A stretch of DNA of 64,000 nt from an uncultured Actinomycetes bacterium (GCA_963824995.1 CAWGRK010000001.1:201094-265093), one strand, 5' to 3'. Shown: positions 20,684 to 30,700, counted from the stretch's first letter. Translations and numbers: made by a program. The notes: a model not told the origin generated them from the sequence alone.

Positions 20684-21022
20684 GTGACTCACGCCGAGAT
20701 GGAAATCCACAGCAGCGACCAGTCGGGGGTGCCCGTCCTGGGTGTCAGTGGTGAGGTGGACCTGGCCACAGCACCAGCTCTGCAGACCGCCATGCTTGCG
20801 ATGATGGGACGCGGATCTTCCCGGCTCATAATCGACATGTCCGACGTCACCTTCATGGATTCATCGGGGCTGAGCGCGCTGCTCGCCGCCCGGGATGCGG
20901 GCGGCGAGGGCTGCGAGCTGATTCTGGTGGTCGTGCCGGGGATGGTGCGCCGTTTACTGGACACCACCGCCATCGGGACTCTGTTCACTGTTTTCGAGTC
21001 TCTCGACGGCGCCCTGTCTTGA
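20684..21022 (+). CDS. STAS-domain anti-anti-sigma factor
   Basis: GEVDLATAP and DMSDVTFMDSSGL motifs. Confidence 0.9.
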   Translation: MTHAEMEIHSSDQSGVPVLGVSGEVDLATAPALQTAMLAMMGRGSSRLIIDMSDVTFMDSSGLSALLAARDAGGEGCELILVVVPGMVRRLLDTTAIGTLFTVFESLDGALS

Positions 21023-21030
21023 CCTCAGGG

Positions 21031-21249
21031 TCAAATGGTGCTGCTGTCGTCGTCCGAGAGCATCTGGTCGAGCCGCTTCTCGATGTCGGCCTGGGTTTCG
21101 CCGGTGCGCTCCTTGATCGTGCCCACCAGCTGATCCCACTGACCCTTGGATCGGTCGAGGTCGTCATCGGTGAGCGAGCCCCAGGCTTCCTTCACCTTTC
21201 CCTTGACCTGGTCCCATTTGCCTTCCAGCTGCAAACGCTGCGCGTCCAT
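21031..21249 (-). CDS. csbD: CsbD family stress protein
   Basis: EGKWDQVKGKVKEAWGSLTDDDL...QLVGTIKERTG; GGAGG RBS. Confidence 0.92.
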   Translation of the reverse strand: MDAQRLQLEGKWDQVKGKVKEAWGSLTDDDLDRSKGQWDQLVGTIKERTGETQADIEKRLDQMLSDDDSSTI

Positions 21250-21282
21250 GGTGCCTCCTCTGGCTTGTTGGACATCTATGAG

Positions 21283-21308
21283 ATTCCCGGAGCGCACGCA
21301 CCCCAAAC
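21283..21308 (-). promoter_or_regulatory. SigB/SigF-type promoter of csbD
   Basis: GTTT-N16-GGGAAT on the minus strand. Confidence 0.75.
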
Positions 21309-21321
21309 CTTCCTGTCATCG

Positions 21322-21347
21322 GTTTGACACTCCCCGGGGGCGGGTAT
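21322..21347 (+). promoter_or_regulatory. SigB/SigF-type promoter of the 19-aa ORF
   Basis: Exact GTTT-N16-GGGTAT consensus. Confidence 0.8.
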
Positions 21348-21378
21348 GCGCCTCTGGACCGGAAGGAGAGGACTGAAC

Positions 21379-21438
21379 ATGTACATCGGATTGGGCGCTC
21401 TCATTCTTATCCTGATCATTCTTCTGCTCATCTTCTGA
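21379..21438 (+). CDS. 19-aa hydrophobic micropeptide MYIGLGALILILIILLLIF
   Basis: Own sigB-type promoter, AAGGAGAGGA RBS, ATG...TGA, followed by a terminator; below the ORF-track size cutoff. Confidence 0.75.
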   Translation: MYIGLGALILILIILLLIF

Positions 21439-21458
21439 TTCCGACCGCTTTCAACAGC

Positions 21459-21487
21459 AAGAAGCCCGGCGACCCGCCGGGCTTCTT
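21459..21487. terminator. Bidirectional intrinsic terminator
   Basis: Perfect 13-bp stem AAGAAGCCCGGCG-acc-CGCCGGGCTTCTT between two convergent small ORFs. Confidence 0.85.
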
Positions 21488-21503
21488 CTATGCCGGAGAT
21501 GGA

Positions 21504-21701
21504 CTACTTCGGGCGGTTGCGCCCTCTCATCCTCGGGAACCGAGGCGAGGCGTGGGCGTAGCAGAGGCTCCCAGGGTTGTACCTCGCCAGCAACGTGTTG
21601 CACCCGCGAGTGGCGCACACCCGCCCCGCGCCATGATCGAGGGGGGCGCTGCCCTTGGGCAGAGTGGTTCGTCCCCGTTCTACGGATTGTGTCAGTTCCA
21701 T
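21504..21701 (-). CDS. Small basic protein with C-x4-C-x12-C-x2-H motif (putative Zn finger)
   Basis: 65 aa, GGAGG RBS, upstream sigB-like promoter, downstream terminator. Confidence 0.7.
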   Translation of the reverse strand: MELTQSVERGRTTLPKGSAPLDHGAGRVCATRGCNTLLARYNPGSLCYAHASPRFPRMRGRNRPK

Positions 21702-21733
21702 TTGCCGCCTCCCTGACCTGTTTCACACCGTTC

Positions 21734-21759
21734 CTTCCCGACGATCGCCCAGCCGAAAC
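21734..21759 (-). promoter_or_regulatory. SigB/SigF-type promoter of the 65-aa gene
   Basis: GTTT-N16-GGGAAG on the minus strand. Confidence 0.6.
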
Positions 21760-21763
21760 ACCG

Positions 21764-21789
21764 GTTTGTCCTATTCCCGCGCTGGGTAA
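21764..21789 (+). promoter_or_regulatory. SigB/SigF-type promoter of the membrane protein gene
   Basis: GTTT-N16-GGGTAA. Confidence 0.75.
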
Positions 21790-21821
21790 TCAATGCGGAC
21801 AATCGTTGAGGAGGGCGGGCC

Positions 21822-22415
21822 ATGACAACAGCCAGCGTCGGGACAAGCCGGTGGGAGGAATTGCGCGAGCGATTCGGAGGAGTCGATACCCCAGCGGCGA
21901 TCGCAGGGATGTTCACCGCTATGGGCGTGTTCTTGTTCTTGGCCGGTCTCGGAGCCGCTGGCGTTGGCGGTCTGGCGTTTCAGGTAGACACGGTCGACGT
22001 AGAGGGTGCCGCAGAAGAGATCTCATTGGTTGGGGGCATCCTCGCCCTCGTAGGTCTCTTCGTGGCGTTCCTCGTAGGAGGTTGGGCGGCGGGACGAATG
22101 GCGCGTTACGACGGTGGGCTAAACGGTGCCATGACCGCCTTCTGGATGCTCTTGCTTATCGTGATATTTGCCGCTCTCGGCGCATGGATAGGCCAGGAAT
22201 ACAATGTCTTTGCCCAGATGAACCTCCCGGATTGGGCGGCCGGTTGGAGCGGTGACGAGATCACCGCCGCCGCTGTCATTGGTGGGGTACTGGGCCTAGT
22301 CGTGATGTTCCTCGGCGGGTTCGTCGGTGGAAAGTGGGGCGAGGCCTATCACCGCAAGGCTGATGCCGCTCTCGCCGATGCCGCTCGGAGTGAGCCGCCG
22401 CCCCCCATAGTCTGA
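21822..22415 (+). CDS. Hypothetical 4-TM membrane protein
   Basis: Hydrophobic helices, GGWAAGRMARYDG; GAGGAGG RBS. Confidence 0.75.
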   Translation: MTTASVGTSRWEELRERFGGVDTPAAIAGMFTAMGVFLFLAGLGAAGVGGLAFQVDTVDVEGAAEEISLVGGILALVGLFVAFLVGGWAAGRMARYDGGLNGAMTAFWMLLLIVIFAALGAWIGQEYNVFAQMNLPDWAAGWSGDEITAAAVIGGVLGLVVMFLGGFVGGKWGEAYHRKADAALADAARSEPPPPIV

Positions 22416-22464
22416 TCGCCACTCCGGCGGCGGGCAGAGATGGCCCGGCATACAATCGGACATC

Positions 22465-23478
22465 ATGACAACCACCGCTCCCGCCGCCGCGCCCCCTTTC
22501 GGCTCGGTGTTCGCCGGACAGATGGCGCTCACCACCTTCGAAGGAGACCGATTCGAACCGGCGAAGATCCGCAAGACCGGGCCCTTGGAGCTTCACCCCG
22601 GGGCTCACGTCCTCCACTACGGCAGTTCGTGCTTCGAGGGCCTCAAGGCCTACCGCGGTGCCGACGGCTCGGCGCGGATCTTCCGTCTCGACGCCCACGT
22701 GACCCGCATGCAGGAGAGCGCCCGGTTGCTCTGCCTACCGGTCCCTCCGGCGGAGTTGCTCGAGGCCATGGTGATCGACACGGTCACGGCAAATCGGGAG
22801 GAGATCCCGGAACCACCAGGCTCGCTATATCTGCGGCCAACCCTCATCGGGACCACTCCTAACGTGGGTGCGGCGGCATCGCCCGCCAGCAACGGTCTGC
22901 TCTACGTCATCGCCTGCCCGGGGGGGGACTACTTCGTCGGCGGAATCCGACCCCTCCGTCTGGTGATCGAAACCGAGGCGATGCGGGCAGTGCCCGGTTT
23001 TGGTGAGGCAAAGGCGGGAGCCAACTACGCGGCGGCCCTGCGCATCGTGGTGGCGGCCAGGGACGATCATCAGGCCGACCAGGTGCTCTTTGCCCCCGGC
23101 GGCGACGTCCAGGAGACCGGCGCCACCAACTTCCTCCTTCTCGACGACAGAAGAGTGATCACAAAGCCGCTCGACTCTTCCTTCCTCCACGGCGTCACCA
23201 GGTCGGCGGTCCTGACCATCGCCGCCGATCTCGGATACTCAGTGGCGGAGCGTCAGCTGGTCGTCGCCGAGGTGCTCGATTGGGCACGTCGCGGCGAAGC
23301 AGCGTTGTCGGGCACCGCTGCGGTGCTCTCCGGGGTGGGGACGCTGGTACTGGACGGCGAGGAGCGCCCCGTCGGAGATGGTCAAGTGGGGTCCAACACC
23401 CTCAGGCTCAGGTCGGCGCTGACCGACATCCAGTTTGGCACGGCCGATGACACCCACGGTTGGGTCACGACGGTCTGA
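22465..23478 (+). CDS. ilvE: Branched-chain amino acid aminotransferase (class IV)
   Basis: LHYGSSCFEGLKAYR, LYLRP, AKAGANYA, ETGATNF, FLHGVTR and SGTAA motifs. Confidence 0.9.
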   Translation: MTTTAPAAAPPFGSVFAGQMALTTFEGDRFEPAKIRKTGPLELHPGAHVLHYGSSCFEGLKAYRGADGSARIFRLDAHVTRMQESARLLCLPVPPAELLEAMVIDTVTANREEIPEPPGSLYLRPTLIGTTPNVGAAASPASNGLLYVIACPGGDYFVGGIRPLRLVIETEAMRAVPGFGEAKAGANYAAALRIVVAARDDHQADQVLFAPGGDVQETGATNFLLLDDRRVITKPLDSSFLHGVTRSAVLTIAADLGYSVAERQLVVAEVLDWARRGEAALSGTAAVLSGVGTLVLDGEERPVGDGQVGSNTLRLRSALTDIQFGTADDTHGWVTTV

Positions 23479-23480
23479 GG

Positions 23481-25070
23481 TCAACTCGGCGCGTCGAAAA
23501 CGGCCACCAACTCGGGAAGCCTCCGCCGCAAACTCCGCTCCGCCAAGGCCGAGCCAAACCGCCAGATCATCGCCCCGTAGAGGGCGGCCACCAGTGCGCC
23601 GACCCCCCCGAAAGCGGCCCCTCCCCTGAGGATGGCGAAGACAACTGCCGCCAGCGCAGGGATGAACAAGACGCCGGCCGCGAGCAGACCCAGCAGTCCG
23701 AAGACCGCCTGTCTCCCGTTGTAGGTCCTCTTCCCGAAGGCGGACCCCTCGGGCAACGGGTACCCGGCATAGATCGAGAGCACGTTCCCCACGCCGAGCC
23801 ACAGCAGGAACCCAGCCACCGATGCCAGGACCCCGCCAGGAAATGTCACCCAGGCGCTCCCCAGACCCGCACCGGCCAGCGACCCGATCAGAGCAGCGGG
23901 AAGCACCACGATCGCCAGGGCCAGGTTCTTCCCCCGCAGGACCGAGCCCATGGCGAGTGGCGCCACCGCGTATCCCCACAGGGTCCGTCCATCGGCGCCG
24001 AACTGGTTGCTCGCCAGAGTGATCATGGCCGACATGGCAATCACCGCACCGAGGTAGCCGCCGTAGCCGGAAGCGAAGAGCTCCGAGGCGGAGCCAAAGA
24101 GAAGAACGACCACCACCGTCACCGCCCCGAGTAACTGCTGTCGGATCCGCCCGTCCCTGGCGAAGTAGCGGAGTTCCTTGGCGGCGACTCCGCCCGCTGG
24201 GCCCGAAGGGAGCAGCCGTACCACGAACCGCGGTGGCAGGGCGAGGATGGCGCCGGTGGAGTGGACCCGCTCGGCACGAGCCGTCTCGGGCCTGGTGAGG
24301 AGGCGGTTGAGGGCCCTCCACCAGACCCATAGCCCAATCACCACCCAGACGAGGCCGTAGAAAAGCCACAGCACACCCACGGGTTGGCCCGCGGCGGACA
24401 GGGCGGCAGCTCGGCCAAGGGCGCCGGTCGGAAGCCATGCGAGCGCAGTCCGTAGCGCCGGGCTTTGCCAGTCGCCGAAACCCGAGATCATGGTCTCGAT
24501 CTGTTGCGACCCGAGGGCTAAGGCGGTCCCGAGCAGGGCTGCCAGGATCCCACCGAGTTCCCGTCCCCGGCGCGACGAGAGCACCGTTGCGAACGTGGTG
24601 GCGATCACCCTGGCCCACACCACGGACGAGACCAGCGCCACGGCGACCGCCGCTACCACCACCGCCACCGCCGGGCCGCCGGTGCCGAGACCTCTGACGG
24701 CTCCGCCGAGCGTCAGTGCCGTGGTCAGTGCTCCGGGGCCGACGAGGGCGGCCGCGGCCAAGCCGGTGGCGAGGTTGATGCCCGGCAAGGGAAACAGGGC
24801 AAACCGGCGGGGATCGAGGGTCTCATCGAGCGCGCCGGTGAACAGCGGTACCACTAGCCAGAGGGCGAAGACCATCGTGAAGACGAGCGAAGTCATCAAA
24901 ACCGGATCGGCCGAGGCGGCGATGAGTCCACCGGCACCGAGCCCAGCACCGACACCGAGCGCCACCGCCATGATCCACATCAGCAGGAAGAGGACGATCC
25001 CGACCAGACCGGAACGGGTGACGCCGCGGCGAAGGAGCCGCAGCTTCAGTCTGACGAATACCCCAACCAC
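23481..25070 (-). CDS. ABC-2 type transporter permease (large actinobacterial type)
   Basis: About 12 TM segments, DETLDPRRFALFPL and AAKELRYFARD; overlaps the ATPase gene. Confidence 0.8.
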   Translation of the reverse strand: MVGVFVRLKLRLLRRGVTRSGLVGIVLFLLMWIMAVALGVGAGLGAGGLIAASADPVLMTSLVFTMVFALWLVVPLFTGALDETLDPRRFALFPLPGINLATGLAAAALVGPGALTTALTLGGAVRGLGTGGPAVAVVVAAVAVALVSSVVWARVIATTFATVLSSRRGRELGGILAALLGTALALGSQQIETMISGFGDWQSPALRTALAWLPTGALGRAAALSAAGQPVGVLWLFYGLVWVVIGLWVWWRALNRLLTRPETARAERVHSTGAILALPPRFVVRLLPSGPAGGVAAKELRYFARDGRIRQQLLGAVTVVVVLLFGSASELFASGYGGYLGAVIAMSAMITLASNQFGADGRTLWGYAVAPLAMGSVLRGKNLALAIVVLPAALIGSLAGAGLGSAWVTFPGGVLASVAGFLLWLGVGNVLSIYAGYPLPEGSAFGKRTYNGRQAVFGLLGLLAAGVLFIPALAAVVFAILRGGAAFGGVGALVAALYGAMIWRFGSALAERSLRRRLPELVAVFDAPS

Positions 25071-25822
25071 TCCAAGTCACCTTTCTCGGTGATCATCCCG
25101 CCCACCAGTTCCACGAAGACACCCTGGAGGCGGCGACCGTCGGTCACCTCGTCCATCGTGCCGTGGACGAGCACCCGTCCGCGGTCGATGATGACCAATC
25201 GGTCGCATACCCGCTCGACCTGGTCGAGCACGTGGCTGGAAAATACGACCGTGCCCCCGGAGGCGGTGTGACGGTGCAGGACCCGTTCCATGATCTGCGT
25301 CGCCACCGGGTCGAGCCCCGAGAAAGGCTCGTCGAGGAAGATCACACGCGGGTTGTGGAGCAGGGCGCAACAGATGGCAATCTTGCGCCGCATCCCCGTG
25401 CTGTAATCGGCAACGAGGGTGTCGGCGTCGTCTTCGAGGTCCACCATTTTGAGCAGCTCATCGCGGCGGTGGGAGATGGTTGCCGGGTCCATGCGACGCA
25501 GCAGCCCGTTGAACTCGATCAGTTCCCGGCCGCTCAGTCGGTCGAAGAGAATCGGGTCATCGGGCACAACCCCGATGCGCGCCTTGGCGTGGATCGGGTC
25601 CTCCCAGACGGCGATCCCTTCGATGCGAACCTTTCCCGCGTCGGGCCGGAGCAGGCCGGTGGCCATCCGGATGAGGGTGGACTTGCCCGCGCCGTTGGGG
25701 CCGAGGATCCCGAACATCGACCCGGCCGGTATGTCGAAACTGATGCCGTCCACCGCGGTCTTCTCCCCGAATCGCTTGGTGAGAGCCTCGAACTGGACGG
25801 ATGCGTGCAACGTACCGGTCAT
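25046..25822 (-). CDS. ABC transporter ATP-binding protein
   Basis: GPNGAGKS, YSTGMRRK and FLDEPFSGLD motifs. Confidence 0.92.
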   Translation of the reverse strand: MTGTLHASVQFEALTKRFGEKTAVDGISFDIPAGSMFGILGPNGAGKSTLIRMATGLLRPDAGKVRIEGIAVWEDPIHAKARIGVVPDDPILFDRLSGRELIEFNGLLRRMDPATISHRRDELLKMVDLEDDADTLVADYSTGMRRKIAICCALLHNPRVIFLDEPFSGLDPVATQIMERVLHRHTASGGTVVFSSHVLDQVERVCDRLVIIDRGRVLVHGTMDEVTDGRRLQGVFVELVGGMITEKGDLEWLGYSSD

Positions 25823-25869
25823 GTGCTCGGTATTGGCAGGATCGTCCCGGGACTATTGAGGAGTAGGCG

Positions 25870-27378
25870 ATGAGCGAGTTGATGGACCTTCGACATGGCT
25901 TCACCCGTGATGACTTCGACGACCGGGGCATTCTGGTCGGGCAGGTGGACGATGCCAGAGTCGCGGTCGTAGCCGCCGGGGACCAGATCCACGCCATTGG
26001 CGCCTCCTGCACGCATTACCACGGCAATCTCGACCAAGGCGTCTTCGACGGCACCTGCCTCCGCTGTCCGCTCCACCACGCCAGGTACGACCTGGTGACC
26101 GGTGAGCCGACCGCGCCGGCCTTCGCCCCGGTGGCGGTGTACGACATCGAGGCCGACGGCCAGCGACTCCGGGTCAAGGGAAAGCGTCCGGCCCCCCCTC
26201 CCCCCCGGACCGAGGAGGAGAGCAACGTGGTGATCGTCGGGGGTGGTGGCGCCGCTTTCGCCGCCGCCGACAGACTCCGCAAGCGAGGGCACAAAGGCCG
26301 GGTTGTGATGATCAGCGACGACACCAGACCGGCATACGACCGGCCGAATGTGTCCAAGGACTATCTCGCAGGTGAGGCCCCTGACGAGTGGATGCCGCTC
26401 GCTTCCGATTCGGACCTGAGCGATCGCCAGATCGAGGTCCTGACCGGGGAGCACGTGACCGCAATCGACCGGGAACGCTCGGAGGTGGTCCTCGAGGGGG
26501 GTGATCGGATCGGCTACGACTCGCTGCTGCTCGCAACCGGAGCAGAGCCGATCCGGCTCCCGGTGCCGGGGGCGGAGCGTGGATACCTGCTCCGCACCAT
26601 GGACGACGCCGATCGGATCATTGCTGCCGCCTCTGAGGCGAGCAGTGCGGTGGTGGTCGGGGCCGGGTTCATCGGTCTCGAGGTGGCTGCATCGCTGAGA
26701 AACCGCGGGCTAGAGGTGACGGTGGTTGCGCTCGAGACCGAGCCACTCGAAGCGGTGATGGGACCCGAGTTGGGAGCCGCCATCCGGGCCGACCACGAAG
26801 CCAATGGCGTCCGCTTCCGGATGGAAGCCTCGGTCGAGCGGGTCGAGGAAGAAGCTGTCGTCGTCGACGACGGGTCGAGCATCCCCGCTGACCTGGTGGT
26901 GATCGGGATCGGGGTCAAACCCCGGACTTCACTCGCCGCCGATGCCGGACTCGAGGTGGACGACGGGGTGTTGGTCGACGAACGGCTGCGAAGCAGCGAC
27001 CCTGCGATCCTGGCGGCGGGCGACGTCGCCCGGTTCCCCTACGGTGACGACAGGATCAGGATCGAGCACTGGGTGGTTGCCGAGCGCCAGGGACAGGTCG
27101 CCGCCGACGTGATCCTCGGCGACGATTCGTCATTCTCCGACGCTCCCTTCTTCTGGAGCGTCCACTTCGGCGTCCGCATCCGCTTCGTCGGCTACGCGGG
27201 CGGGCACGAGGAGCGCACGATCGTAGGTGACCTGAGGTCGGATGGCGCCGTCTTCTACCGCCGGGCGGGGAGCATCGTGGCGGTGGCGACCGTGGGAAGG
27301 GACCGCCTTTCCCTCGAAGCCGAAGTCGCCCTCGAGCGGGGAGACCAGGACTCACTGGAGCGCATGGCTGCCGATTGA
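25870..27378 (+). CDS. Rieske [2Fe-2S] + FAD/NAD oxidoreductase fusion (AIFM3-like)
   Basis: CTHYHG..CPLHH Rieske motif; GGGGAA, LATGA, GAGFIG, AAGDVA, RIEHW and PFFWS motifs. Confidence 0.9.
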   Translation: MSELMDLRHGFTRDDFDDRGILVGQVDDARVAVVAAGDQIHAIGASCTHYHGNLDQGVFDGTCLRCPLHHARYDLVTGEPTAPAFAPVAVYDIEADGQRLRVKGKRPAPPPPRTEEESNVVIVGGGGAAFAAADRLRKRGHKGRVVMISDDTRPAYDRPNVSKDYLAGEAPDEWMPLASDSDLSDRQIEVLTGEHVTAIDRERSEVVLEGGDRIGYDSLLLATGAEPIRLPVPGAERGYLLRTMDDADRIIAAASEASSAVVVGAGFIGLEVAASLRNRGLEVTVVALETEPLEAVMGPELGAAIRADHEANGVRFRMEASVERVEEEAVVVDDGSSIPADLVVIGIGVKPRTSLAADAGLEVDDGVLVDERLRSSDPAILAAGDVARFPYGDDRIRIEHWVVAERQGQVAADVILGDDSSFSDAPFFWSVHFGVRIRFVGYAGGHEERTIVGDLRSDGAVFYRRAGSIVAVATVGRDRLSLEAEVALERGDQDSLERMAAD

Positions 27379-27529
27379 CTGGGCCGCGAAAGGTTCCCTT
27401 TCCGATACCAGCCGGGACAGGTCGGCCCGATCTACGCTCATCGAGCCGGTCCAACCGGTCCCTCTTCCCCACGGTATAGCCAGCCGCGTCAGAGCGCGAA
27501 AACTGAGTTCATTGCGAGGCTGGATACCA

Positions 27530-27559
27530 TTGACGTAATTACACCAATGGGAGTAGTGT
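27530..27559 (+). promoter_or_regulatory. Housekeeping-sigma promoter of nrdJ
   Basis: TTGACG-N18-TAGTGT immediately upstream of the NrdR boxes. Confidence 0.6.
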
Positions 27560-27571
27560 AATGGTCCCAAA

Positions 27572-27618
27572 CCACCACATCCTGTGGGTCGCTTCCCCCG
27601 AGCCACAACATGTTGTGG
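27572..27618. promoter_or_regulatory. Tandem NrdR boxes
   Basis: CCACCACATCCTGTGG (27572-27587) and palindromic CCACAACATGTTGTGG (27603-27618), 31 bp start to start, upstream of an RNR gene. Confidence 0.9.
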
Positions 27619-27740
27619 TCCAGCCTCCGGGCAGGATCATCTTGGGCAGCCCCGGCAAACACCGGCAACCTGCTGTCCATAGGTGGGGACGGGTCGCCTG
27701 AAGGGCGGTCGGAGACGTTGAGGCACGGGAGGCAGAAGAG

Positions 27741-30700
27741 ATGGCACGCCGCACCACCACCGGTCTTCGGATCGATCGCCGCTTCACCCAACCGGGTGTA
27801 GATCCCTACTCGACGATCGAGTGGTCGCCGTCGCGATTCGCGCATCACCAACCCCGACGGGTCGGTGGTGTTCGCCATGGAGGACGCCGAGATCCCGGCC
27901 TCGTGGTCGCAGGTGGCGGCGGACATCATGGTGTCGAAGTACTTCCGCAAGGCCGGCGTCCCCCGCGTGGACGAGTCGGGGAATCCGGTCCTCGACACCG
28001 AAGGCAACCCCGTCACCGGGCCGGAGACCTCGGCGCGTCAGGTGTTCGACCGACTCGCCGGTACCTGGCGGCGGTGGGGTGAGGAGAACGGGTACTTCGC
28101 CTCGGGCGACGACGCGGCCGCCTTCGAGGACGAGATCAAGTACATGCTCGCCAACCAAATTGCCTCCCCCAACAGCCCGCAGTGGTTCAACACCGGGCTC
28201 CACGACGCATACGGGCTCACCGGCCCCGCCCAGGGGTTCTGGTACATCGACCCCGACACCGAGGAAGCGGTCCCCTCCCCCGACGCCTACAGCCGCCCCG
28301 CCCCGCACGCTTGTTTCATTAATGCCGTCACCGACGATCTGGTCAGCCCCGGCGGGATCATGGACCTCTGGCTACGAGAGGCGCGGCTTTTCAAATTCGG
28401 TTCAGGTACTGGCTCGAACTTCTCTTCGATCAGAGCCGAGAACGAGCCCTTATCCGGTGGTGGGAAATCGTCCGGAGTCATGTCCTTCCTCAAAATCGGT
28501 GATCGGGCGGCGGGAGCCATCAAGTCGGGCGGCACCACCAGGCGCGCCGCCAAGATGGTGATCCTCGATCTCGACCACCCCGACATCGAAACGTTCATCG
28601 ACTGGAAGAAGATCGAGGAAGACAAGGCCAGGGTCCTCATCCAGCACGGCGGCTACCCGGCCGACTTCAACGGTGAGGCGTACGCCACCGTGTCCGGGCA
28701 GAACTCGAACAACTCGGTGCGGGTCCCCAATGACTTCGTGCGCAAGGTGATCGAGGACGGCGATTGGGAGCTCGTCGAGCGGACGACGGGCAAGGTACGC
28801 AAGACGATCAAGGCTCGTGAGCTCTGGCGTCGAGTCGCCGAGGCTGCGTGGTCGTGTGCCGACCCCGGTGTCCAGTTCGACACCATCATCAACGAGTGGC
28901 ACACCAGCCCCGCGGGGGGACGAATCCGCGCAACTAACCCGTGCGCGGAATATGTTTTTCTTGACGACACCGCCTGCAACCTCGCCTCGATAAACCTGGT
29001 GAAGTTCCTCGACGAGGAAACCGGTGTGGTGGACGTCGATTCCTACCGGCACGCCATCCGGCTGTGGACCATCGTCCTCGAGATCTCGGTGACCATGGCC
29101 CACTTCCCATCCGAGGAGATCGCCTGGGGGTCGTACTGGTATCGCACGCTCGGTCTGGGGTACGCCAACCTGGGCAGCCTCCTGATGCGGTCGGGGATCC
29201 CATACGACTCCGACGCCGGCCGCGCCATCGCCGGCGCCCTGACTGCCACCCTCACCGGTGTCGCCTACGCCACATCGGCCGAGATGGCGGCGGCGGTCGG
29301 ACCATTCGCCCGCTTTGCCGAGAACCGCGACGCCATGCTCCGGGTGATGCGCAACCACAGGCGCGCTGCATACGGCGCCGGGCAGGCGGAGTACGAGGGG
29401 TTGTCGCACCATGTGATGGGGATCGATCCGGCACACACCCCTGCCAACCTGCTGGAGGCGGCGCAGAGCAGTTGGGACCTCGCGTTGGAGTTGGGCGAGG
29501 AGCACGGCTACCGCAATGCCCAATCCAGTTGCATCGCGCCAACCGGAACCATCGGCCTCCAGATGGATTGTGACACCACCGGGGTCGAGCCCGACTTCGC
29601 ATTGGTCAAGTTCAAGAAGCTCGCCGGGGGCGGCTACTTCAAGATCGTCAACCAGTCGGTGGCGCCCGCACTCCGAACGCTCGGGTACGGCGAACAGCAG
29701 ATCGAAGACATGGTCCGCTACGTGATCGGCACCTCGATGTTGGAGGGTGCCCCGCACATAAACCGCCAGATACTCGGCGAGAAAGGTCTCACCGAGACCG
29801 AACTGGACCAGATCGACGCCACGCTCGGTGGGGTCTTCGAGCTGCGCCACGCCTTCAACGTCTTCGTCCTCGGGGAAGCGGTATTGCAGCGGCTCGGTTT
29901 CGAGGTGGACGACTACACCTCGTTCGATTTCGACCTGCTGCGCGAACTCGGGTTCACCCGCGAGCAGATCAGGAAAGCGACCGATCACATCTGCGGAACG
30001 CAGACGATCGAAGGCGCGCCTCACCTGCTGTCAGAGCATCTCCCCGTCTTCGACACTGCAAACAAGAACGGCCGACTGGGGGAGCGGTATATCCACCACA
30101 CCGGTCACATCAAGATGATGGCGGCAGTGCAGCCGCTGATCAGCGGGGCCACGTCGAAGACGATCAACCTCCCCCACGAAGCCACGATCGAGGACATCGA
30201 GGAGTCCTACATGCTGTCGTGGGAACTCGGGGTGAAGTGCATGGCGCTCTACCGCGATGGCTCCAAGGCCAGCCAACCGCTCAGTTCCGGCTCCGACGAA
30301 GGGCAATCAGACGAGGAGAGCGACGAGCTGGCGGCGGTCCACCAGGTGGAGAAGCAGATCCTCTGGGGACGGATCCCCGTCGGTCTCTCCCCCACCCAGG
30401 CGTACGCCCAGGGGATGCACCCGCCGCGGTTCATGCTCCCGGCGCGTCGTGCCGGTTGGACACAGGAAGCTCGTATTGGCGGGCACAAGCTCTACCTACG
30501 CACCGGCGAGTACGACGATGGGACCCTCGGCGAGCTGTTCATCGATCTGGCCAAAGAGGGCGCCACGCTGCGTGGGATCCTCTCCTGCTTCGCCATCGCC
30601 GTCTCCAAGGGTCTGCAGTACGGGGTGCCACTCGACGAGTTCGTAGACACCTTCACCTTCCAGACCTTCGAGCCGCGGGGCATGATCGAAGGCCATCCCA

